From a virus, in IMG/VR virus record IMGVR_UViG_3300030090_005798, positions 1 to 64,000 of that record: a stretch of 64,000 bases of DNA; one strand, 5' to 3'. Shown piece after piece: positions 9,650-16,417 of this stretch (its first letter is position 1; every line of letters begins with the position of its first letter). Under the pieces are notes generated by a model, which was not told the origin of the DNA, did not search any database, and saw only the letters and a list, made by a program, of their open reading frames with translations. The position numbers were made by a program, and so were the translations under genes.

Positions 9650-10017
9650 TGGGAACAACCTTTCTCAACTCGATATGAGTCTTCGTTAAAATGCTCTGTG
9701 CTTACTTCAAAAACACTGGACTCCTCAAGGGCTGTTAATTTATGAGGAACACAAGGTTTTAAGTGAACTACATCTCCCTCTTCAAGTAGTTTTTCTTTCC
9801 TAGTAGCTTTTTCTAAATCAAAATATTCTAACTTAAGCCTTCCCCTAGTAACACACCATGTTTCTTCTTTTTTAATATGGTAATGCATAGAAAAAGAAGA
9901 GTCCTTTTTGAACTGTAAGATTTTACCACAATATTTGTTATTGTTAGTAATCCAAAGTTCTTCTCCCCAACCTTTTGAGTGGACTTCTAAACGACTAAAA
10001 ACAGGCTCAATACTCAT
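9646..10017 (-). CDS. Cupin protein (sugar-phosphate isomerase-like)
   Basis: KGWGEELW..YCGKIL..SMHYH.KKEETW..PH..FEVST. Confidence 0.8.
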   Translation of the reverse strand: MSIEPVFSRLEVHSKGWGEELWITNNNKYCGKILQFKKDSSFSMHYHIKKEETWCVTRGRLKLEYFDLEKATRKEKLLEEGDVVHLKPCVPHKLTALEESSVFEVSTEHFNEDSYRVEKGCSQ

Positions 10018-10024
10018 CTAGAGT

Positions 10025-10052
10025 ATTATAGCCTGTTGTCTGAATTATTCAA
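10025..10052 (-). promoter_or_regulatory. Sigma70-like promoter, probably leaderless
   Basis: TTGAAT-16-TATAAT ending 7 nt before the ATG at 10017. Confidence 0.6.
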
Positions 10053-10061
10053 GGAATAAAA

Positions 10062-10250
10062 TTACTCTCCTTTATCTTTGCTCTTACCGATATTTAAAGC
10101 AGCCCAATCAATAAGTGCATAGATTTTAGCCCAAAAAGTTCCCTTTTTAGGAGTAGGGGTTGCTGCGGTAATGGCAGAGGCGAGGGCAACAGCAGAAGCT
10201 ACTACACCCCACCAAGGGTTATCCTGAATCAATTGAATGATTGTGTCCAT
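10062..10250 (-). CDS. Small membrane protein
   Basis: 62 aa, one hydrophobic helix then TPTPK; GTGTAA upstream. Confidence 0.65.
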   Translation of the reverse strand: MDTIIQLIQDNPWWGVVASAVALASAITAATPTPKKGTFWAKIYALIDWAALNIGKSKDKGE

Positions 10251-10305
10251 AATAAATTATATGATTATATTCTATATTACACAACCGAAAATTTAAGGGG
10301 AAGAA

Positions 10306-11220
10306 TTATATTCTTTTGTAGGAATAGGCCACCCCCATATCGTGCTCTTCAGTAGAATAATACTGCCAATGATGATCTATCCAGCTAAAATTACCACTCA
10401 AATGGCCACCCAAAGGAGTAAATCTTGCTAAATCGGCATGACAATTCGTCCAAGAAGCTGTATTTATAATAATTTTTTTACTAAGATGTGGATAACAGTT
10501 AGCTATATTCATTGGTCCACTATTAATGCCAATAAAAATTGCGCTTTTGGCTATAGTTTCTACCATTTCCCAAATACTTTGTCCTCTCTTGTCTATAAAC
10601 GGAGAGTCGTTGTCTTGTTCCCCTCCAACTTGTATAATTTTGTAATTAGAATATCTCTTTCTAATTTGTTCTACTACGTTATGAGGTATGTATTGAGTTG
10701 TGCTTACCCCACGACCAATGTGTATGGCTATTTGATCCTGAACCACATCATTTGGATCTTCATATTTGTATAGCCTTGGTGATCTTGGAAGATCTAGTTT
10801 AGGGTTTTGATAGGGGTGTATGCCAAGCCACTCGTATAGCCAAGTATTCCTACCGCTGGTTATATACTCTTCTCTGTAGGCTGGATAAAGTCGAAATACT
10901 AATATATTATCCTTTTTATTTTTCTCCTCTAAAAGCATGGTCCGATGACCACGGATATCAGGGTTGATCCAATCAGTAGCCTTACAGCAAAGATGGGCAT
11001 AAGGCTCATTGCCAGCAAAATTTATTTTAATTGGTTTGTAATCTGGGAGTCTTGCCTCTACATCTCTATCTACATATGGATTGTGATCAAAAACCCAACT
11101 TTTATTAAGGTCAATTAATCTTACTCCATACCATTTATAAAAAGCCTCTGGTATGGCGGCAAATTGAACTCTATCACCTACGCCATTATAATCTATATTT
11201 ATGTAGATTTGTTTGCTCAT
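10306..11220 (-). CDS. GT9-like (heptosyltransferase-fold) glycosyltransferase
   Basis: GVGD at the N-terminus, HNPYVD, IIQVG, FIGINSGPMNIA. Confidence 0.7.
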   Translation of the reverse strand: MSKQIYINIDYNGVGDRVQFAAIPEAFYKWYGVRLIDLNKSWVFDHNPYVDRDVEARLPDYKPIKINFAGNEPYAHLCCKATDWINPDIRGHRTMLLEEKNKKDNILVFRLYPAYREEYITSGRNTWLYEWLGIHPYQNPKLDLPRSPRLYKYEDPNDVVQDQIAIHIGRGVSTTQYIPHNVVEQIRKRYSNYKIIQVGGEQDNDSPFIDKRGQSIWEMVETIAKSAIFIGINSGPMNIANCYPHLSKKIIINTASWTNCHADLARFTPLGGHLSGNFSWIDHHWQYYSTEEHDMGVAYSYKRI

Positions 11221-11513
11221 TAAGAAAGATTCAATGATTCTGGGGCTATTTCTTCTAGCTCCTCACACAGTCTATCTATCTCATCAGGCATCATGTGCCT
11301 AGCATTATTTCTGAGCTTTGAAACTTCCCACTCAAACTTACAGAACTTGTCCCCCTGTTCTATATTCTTCTTTTCTTTATTATCATAAATAAAGGTATCG
11401 AAAACCTCATACCTGATAGGGTCTATACATTTCTCAATTGGATCAAATGTGGAGCGACTGGTGACATAATCAAAGATGTCATACCTACTTACTTTAATTT
11501 TGACTTTTTGCAT
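11220..11513 (-). CDS. Hypothetical protein
   Basis: 97 aa ORF; TAGACT-17-TATAAT upstream. Confidence 0.6.
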   Translation of the reverse strand: MQKVKIKVSRYDIFDYVTSRSTFDPIEKCIDPIRYEVFDTFIYDNKEKKNIEQGDKFCKFEWEVSKLRNNARHMMPDEIDRLCEELEEIAPESLNLS

Positions 11514-11557
11514 TAGAGTCTAATATACGAGATTATATATTAGATTTTAGAAAAAGT

Positions 11558-12178
11558 CTAGACAATTCTAATTCTGCTCCTGATTTTTGAAACGTGCCTT
11601 TTCTTTTCTAAAACAGAGCCGCCCTCCCTGCTTCCAGCACCGTTTGTGTTACCTTCAATAGTAACTACATAACCGCTTGAGTCTGCGTCTTTTACAGCTA
11701 ATCCAATATGAGAAAAAGTAAATACAACAATATCACCTGCTTTAATATCTTCGTTTGTAGGTTTGCGGAGTTCCACGCCTTTTGTGCTTTCTTGTTTAGC
11801 CCAGTTCTCAAAGTCCCAAGCTCCAGCGGTTCTCGGTCTTTTGAATGCTACATCCTCTCCTTCAATAGCTTCTCTAACTAACCAGCAAATAAAAGCAGCG
11901 CACCAAGGCCAACCTTTGTCTGCGTCTAACCATGTGGCCGCTTTGTATTCATCTACTCTTGGCCCACAATTACTGCCGTCAACTTCGGAGACTCCTATTT
12001 CTTCTCTCGCCAAGGAAACCATTTTCTCTGCTACACTCCCACCAGAGACAACAGTATCTTTGGTCGATAACTTAGCTAAAATAGCATTCCACGTTACAGG
12101 CCCATCAGCACCATCAGCAGAGACTCCAAGGAGTTTCTGCACAGCTTTTACTACTTCTTTTTTGCCTTTAAAATTCAT
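11558..12178 (-). CDS. Endolysin: peptidoglycan-binding domain + CHAP domain
   Basis: VQKLLGVSADGADGPVT (PG_binding_1-like); PWCAAF, SHIGL, TIEGNT (CHAP Cys/His); start at the TAATG overlap. Confidence 0.9.
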   Translation of the reverse strand: MNFKGKKEVVKAVQKLLGVSADGADGPVTWNAILAKLSTKDTVVSGGSVAEKMVSLAREEIGVSEVDGSNCGPRVDEYKAATWLDADKGWPWCAAFICWLVREAIEGEDVAFKRPRTAGAWDFENWAKQESTKGVELRKPTNEDIKAGDIVVFTFSHIGLAVKDADSSGYVVTIEGNTNGAGSREGGSVLEKKRHVSKIRSRIRIV

Positions 12179-12783
12179 TATGAACACCTTCTGCTAAAAC
12201 TAGCGCACACAGACATCACGATACATAGAACAACTGTTAGTATCATGAAGTTTTTGTAGTCAGTTATTTTTTCATTTAAAATCGCAGCTTGTTCCTCATT
12301 GTAATACATTTTTGTATCCATGATGTTGTTGATGGCTTCTATTGTGGGGTCAGTCATCTCATACATCGTGGGAACTGATGCTTTAATCAATTCAACATTG
12401 TTCGTATTCCCCCATTCAATTAATTGATTAACATAAAGATTTATTTTCTTTTCTTGTTCAAATACAAAATCTGCATACTCAACCTCTTTTGGGGTTATAT
12501 CCTTCTTATAACCTTCTAAATATTCATCCTTATATACCCTCTCCTCTTCTAAGGTCTCTACCATTTCTGCTGGAGTTATGACTCCATGAGAGGTTTTTAC
12601 GACCGAATCTACAATGATGACCCCATACCAATCAAAGCACATGCCAATCTCCATAATGGAAGACTCTGATTGTCGAGCATTCTCTTTTAGTGTGTTTTGA
12701 ATGTTTTCAGTAAGGAAAAGACCCTTGAAACCAAAAGCTAGACAAATAGCAGATAAACAATAAACAATAAATTTAGGTCTCAT
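12178..12783 (-). CDS. Two-TM protein with periplasmic four-helix-bundle chemoreceptor-like domain and no signalling tail
   Basis: TM-periplasmic-TM topology; DWYGVIIVD..K..G...Y..ITPKE...MYEMTDPTIEAINNIMD resembles 4HB_MCP_1. Confidence 0.6.
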   Translation of the reverse strand: MRPKFIVYCLSAICLAFGFKGLFLTENIQNTLKENARQSESSIMEIGMCFDWYGVIIVDSVVKTSHGVITPAEMVETLEEERVYKDEYLEGYKKDITPKEVEYADFVFEQEKKINLYVNQLIEWGNTNNVELIKASVPTMYEMTDPTIEAINNIMDTKMYYNEEQAAILNEKITDYKNFMILTVVLCIVMSVCASFSRRCS

Positions 12784-13097
12784 TTTTTAATAAAATTTTC
12801 TGGGTTCTTGGCGAATTTTTCACCTAGCCTTACTATACCACTAATAACCTCTGGACTTATTACACCAATAATACCGTAAGTGATTGCCTTAGTTAAGGAT
12901 GATACATCTGTTTGTTCTAATACAAACCAAGCTATGCCAGCAGCGAGGGCTGCTGTAATTACCCTTTTAAACTGTTGTTTAAGTGTTAATCCATTATTAC
13001 CTGATAAGAGCCTAGCAAACATCGCAGCAGCACCTACAAGCGGGACTAACCAGCCTCCATTGAGGAATTCTTTGATTAAAGACTTTTCAGGTTCCAT
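12780..13097 (-). CDS. Holin (LydA-like, 3 TM)
   Basis: 105 aa, three hydrophobic segments, basic C-terminus, first gene of the cassette ending in the endolysin. Confidence 0.7.
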   Translation of the reverse strand: MEPEKSLIKEFLNGGWLVPLVGAAAMFARLLSGNNGLTLKQQFKRVITAALAAGIAWFVLEQTDVSSLTKAITYGIIGVISPEVISGIVRLGEKFAKNPENFIKK

Positions 13098-13114
13098 GTA
13101 ATTAACTTCTACAC

Positions 13115-13145
13115 AAAAAAAGCCACCCGTGCAGGTGGCTTTTTT
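13115..13145. terminator. Bidirectional intrinsic terminator
   Basis: aaaaaaagccacc-cgtgca-ggtggctttttt downstream of the porin-like gene. Confidence 0.85.
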
Positions 13146-13170
13146 ATTTTATAATTAAAACTAATTTAAA

Positions 13171-13842
13171 TTAGAAGTTGTATGACAATCCTGCGCCAAC
13201 AATCCACTCTTGATCTACTTCAAGAGAAGACCCGTCGAGGTCGTTATCGTTAAAGGAAACTTTTCCAACGATAGAAATATCCTCTGTCAAAACATAATTT
13301 GCTTTAACGCCAAGCTCAAGTGAATCATATTCTTCTGCAATATTTACAGTCACAAAAGGGCTTAAGGTAAGATTTTCGACAGGTGTCTTAAAGTCATATG
13401 AAGCTCCAAGCTCTACTCCGAACCAGTCGTTGTTGTCCTCATACCAAACACCAACAGAAAAATCTGCAATGTAAGTATAATCAGCAGTCAAAGATAGTTC
13501 TTCTCTGTCTCCAAAGATAGATTCGGTGTCTTTTAGAGCAGCAGTCAAGCCAATGTTTTGACCGAAAAGATCAACCCCAAGGCTGTAGCTAGCTCCAAAG
13601 TCCATCTCGCCACCGCCGTCAGTGTCGAAAAGTGATGCACTAAATGAAAGATCTCCCCCTCCCAGAGCGGTAGATAGAGCAAGAGAAGCTCCAATAGAGT
13701 CTTCCCTTGTTGCTAGACCTCTGTCAGTGCTAAAGTTTGAAATTGATGCCCCACCTTCAACGGACAAATCCGTTGCTACAGTGGTAGCAGAGGCTGCGCT
13801 AATAATTGAAGCGCCCAGTAGTGTAAGAATTAGTTTCTTCAT
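13171..13842 (-). CDS. Outer-membrane beta-barrel protein (TorF/TIGR02001-like)
   Basis: Signal peptide, SNFSTDRG, amphipathic beta strands, C-terminal GAGLSYNF BAM signal; TTGACC-17-TATATT promoter. Confidence 0.75.
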   Translation of the reverse strand: MKKLILTLLGASIISAASATTVATDLSVEGGASISNFSTDRGLATREDSIGASLALSTALGGGDLSFSASLFDTDGGGEMDFGASYSLGVDLFGQNIGLTAALKDTESIFGDREELSLTADYTYIADFSVGVWYEDNNDWFGVELGASYDFKTPVENLTLSPFVTVNIAEEYDSLELGVKANYVLTEDISIVGKVSFNDNDLDGSSLEVDQEWIVGAGLSYNF

Positions 13843-13885
13843 AAATCAAATATATATTACAGAATTGTCATGGTCAAGGGAAAAT

Positions 13886-14101
13886 TTATTCCTCTTCAGG
13901 AATTTCTGCTGGTGCTTCAACAGAGTCAGCAAACTGAGGGGATGAATCAACCTCTGGAGGTGGTCCAGCCGCAGATTCTCTTACTTTCTTCGCTAAAATC
14001 ACAGCGGCTTCAGCTACATTTAAACCTTGAGCCTTGACTGAAATGTCGATTAATTGAATTAATGCCTGAAGCTCATCATCTGAAAAGTCAATAGTTGTCA
14101 T
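13886..14101 (-). CDS. Small acidic hypothetical protein
   Basis: 71 aa; TTGATT-16-TATAAT upstream. Confidence 0.65.
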   Translation of the reverse strand: MTTIDFSDDELQALIQLIDISVKAQGLNVAEAAVILAKKVRESAAGPPPEVDSSPQFADSVEAPAEIPEEE

Positions 14102-14140
14102 ATATGAATTATTATAAATCTGTTTTAAAAAAAATCAACA

Positions 14141-14410
14141 TTATTTGCCGCTAGAAAAGTAAAGTTGCCTCTCTAGCCTCCTGAATCTAGCGTCAGAATG
14201 CCAAATTTCATCATTATTAGGGGTATAAATACCCTTACTTGTTTCTATTGGAATCCCTTTTGTCAAACTCAGAGTAGAAGGCTGATAAATGTTTAAAGGA
14301 GTTGTCTTCACGGATGAGTTCGTCGCGCAAGAGATCAGCACGGTCGGCATCACCGCCATTAGCCCTAATGTCTTCAAGTTCTTGAATAATTCTTTTTCTT
14401 TCTTCTTCAT
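14141..14410 (-). CDS. Putative o-spanin lipoprotein (Rz1-like); true start probably internal
   Basis: Lipobox-like VLIS-C; overlaps 14235..14501 in another frame. Confidence 0.6.
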   Translation of the reverse strand: MKKKEKELFKNLKTLGLMAVMPTVLISCATNSSVKTTPLNIYQPSTLSLTKGIPIETSKGIYTPNNDEIWHSDARFRRLERQLYFSSGK

Positions 14411-14501
14411 GGTCTTGTTTTAATTGTAGATAGAAAGTCTTATTTTTTAAAGATAAAAATAACTCAATTGATTTTAAAACACTTTTAATTAAGGTAAGCA
14501 T
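14235..14501 (-). CDS. Putative i-spanin (Rz-like)
   Basis: Hydrophobic/amphipathic N-terminus then coiled coil; overlaps the lipoprotein gene. Confidence 0.55.
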   Translation of the reverse strand: MLTLIKSVLKSIELFLSLKNKTFYLQLKQDHEEERKRIIQELEDIRANGGDADRADLLRDELIREDNSFKHLSAFYSEFDKRDSNRNK

Positions 14502-15327
14502 CGATATTTTGGTTTATATATTGTTCTACAGTCTGCCAATCATAATCACCTATAACCTCTAATAATTTAGAGTTATCTGCTTTTGTAAATTTTTGATATT
14601 GACCTTTTAACTCTTTTGGCATTGGGGTCTCAGTAATAATTGCATGAGAATTTGATTTTACAATCTCTGCAACATCCCTGAATGAAGTTGTTTGCCCTGT
14701 CCCTACATTAAAAACGCCTGAAGCATCATTATCTAGCATTCTATAATGTATTTCGCAAACATCATCAATAGAAACAAAATCTCTTTTATATTTTTCGCTT
14801 TTCTCAAATATTTTTATTTCGCCATTTCTTTGAGCTTGTTTGATAAATTTAGACACAGGGCTAGCTTGTTTCCCTTTTTTGTCTTCTCCTAAGCCATAAA
14901 CATTAAAGTATCTAAATCCTTGGTATGGATAATTTTGATGAATTAGCCAACAATCGAACATGTATTTACTAAAAGCATATGGGCTAAGAGGTTTGCAAAA
15001 ATCACTCTCCTTAAAACTTTTTGATGTCCCATAAACAGATGCGCTACTAGCATATTGAAATTTTATTTCATAAAGTTCGCACAATTCGTAAAGCATTACT
15101 GAATATTCGAAATTCTGCTCTAGAATTTTTTCAAGATTAGTTTCAGTGGTATCAGAGTTACCGCCGAGGTGGATGACAATATCTTGGTTCATTACATCTG
15201 GTAAACCAGAATTACCAAGGGTTATGTCAAATTTGGTAACATCGTAGTTTCTATGAGACAAATAGGCGGCTAAATTGCCGCCTATAAATCCTCCCGCTCC
15301 TGTTATTAATACTCTATTTTGTATCAC
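14485..15327 (-). CDS. hldD: ADP-L-glycero-D-manno-heptose 6-epimerase
   Basis: TGAGGFIG, SDTTE, YASSASVYG, YAFSK, RYFNVYG, RDFVSIDD, YQKFTKAD. Confidence 0.85.
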   Translation of the reverse strand: MIQNRVLITGAGGFIGGNLAAYLSHRNYDVTKFDITLGNSGLPDVMNQDIVIHLGGNSDTTETNLEKILEQNFEYSVMLYELCELYEIKFQYASSASVYGTSKSFKESDFCKPLSPYAFSKYMFDCWLIHQNYPYQGFRYFNVYGLGEDKKGKQASPVSKFIKQAQRNGEIKIFEKSEKYKRDFVSIDDVCEIHYRMLDNDASGVFNVGTGQTTSFRDVAEIVKSNSHAIITETPMPKELKGQYQKFTKADNSKLLEVIGDYDWQTVEQYINQNIDAYLN

Positions 15328-15790
15328 TTTCTTCTTCTGGTTCTTCTTCAGAAGCTTCTGAGTCTTCAGGTTTTTGTGGATATTCCCCTTGAAGTAAACT
15401 GTCTAGAATGCAAGCCTTGATTACTGACTCATCAAAATCAGATTGATGTATTTTAAGTAAAATTTTATCAAGTTCTTCATCTCCCGTTTCTTTTTCTAAC
15501 TCTGACTTTTTAAAAAAGTCAAAGTCATCAGAAACAGCAAAGGACTGCACTAATTCGACAACAAGTTCATCATTTTCAAAATGTTTATTAATAGAATAAG
15601 AAGGACTACTTAACGGAGGTTTTTCCTTCTTCTCGCCCTCTGATAACTCAATTAACTGCCCTTGTTTTTTATATTCTTTTAAACACCAAATTTTTTTGGC
15701 GTAAATAGAAGCTTCAGGGAATTTAATATCAGCATCAAAAGATAAACTTTGATATAATTTGTTGTCTAAAAACGTGACAGTGTAAGGCAT
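15314..15790 (-). CDS. Hypothetical acidic protein
   Basis: 158 aa; GTGTAA about 10 nt upstream. Confidence 0.65.
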   Translation of the reverse strand: MPYTVTFLDNKLYQSLSFDADIKFPEASIYAKKIWCLKEYKKQGQLIELSEGEKKEKPPLSSPSYSINKHFENDELVVELVQSFAVSDDFDFFKKSELEKETGDEELDKILLKIHQSDFDESVIKACILDSLLQGEYPQKPEDSEASEEEPEEESDTK

Positions 15791-15806
15791 TTAAAGACTT
15801 TTACAC

Positions 15807-16034
15807 CTATTCTCCAGTTTTTACCCTTTGGTTTTCAGCTTTAGCCGCTTCGACTTTTGCAGTTAATTCCTCAAAAGCGGAATTTTTCTCCTCATCAGAC
15901 ATTTTTTCTACATTTTCTTCGACCTCTTGGACCGCAAGATTATGCATTATATTGATAGCCTCTGCCAATGTGACGCGAGAAACCATCTCCGATGTGAGCA
16001 TTGCTTTTAGATTATTTATGTTTTCTTCTGTCAT
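15807..16034 (-). CDS. Hypothetical protein
   Basis: 75 aa helical ORF in operon. Confidence 0.6.
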   Translation of the reverse strand: MTEENINNLKAMLTSEMVSRVTLAEAINIMHNLAVQEVEENVEKMSDEEKNSAFEELTAKVEAAKAENQRVKTGE

Positions 16035-16037
16035 GCT

Positions 16038-16250
16038 CTAGTCCTTTTCTTTACTTGCGTAAATTCTTATATCGGGCTGATTTGACCCTTTTTCTTTGAA
16101 AGAGTTTGGAAAACAGACAATTTTCACATCATTACCCTCTGAATCCTTGATAGATCCACTGTAGTAAGACTGTTTTTGACCGTCAACTCTCCAAAGCGCT
16201 CCTAATTCACGCTTCTTCCATTCATCGTTTTGTTTAGTGTTTTCACTCAT
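16038..16250 (-). CDS. DUF736-like small protein
   Basis: ELGALW..YYSGSI..VCFPN..QPDIRIY pattern. Confidence 0.55.
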   Translation of the reverse strand: MSENTKQNDEWKKRELGALWRVDGQKQSYYSGSIKDSEGNDVKIVCFPNSFKEKGSNQPDIRIYASKEKD

Positions 16251-16252
16251 AA

Positions 16253-16417
16253 TTATTTATTGTTAAATCTACCTTCGACGCTTTTCCAAAATTCTTCTGC
16301 GCCCACAGCAAGATATCTCCCCTTCAGGTGTTTGTAAAGTTTTTTTTGAATGTGATTGGCATTTTTTTTATCGTATCCAATAAGTTGACGAATTTTCTTA
16401 GCGGCAGATCCACTCAT
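16253..16417 (-). CDS. Small basic hypothetical protein (54 aa, not in ORF track)
   Basis: MSGSAAKKIRQLIGYDKK...GRFNNK*; ATGA overlap with the Clp gene stop. Confidence 0.65.
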   Translation of the reverse strand: MSGSAAKKIRQLIGYDKKNANHIQKKLYKHLKGRYLAVGAEEFWKSVEGRFNNK

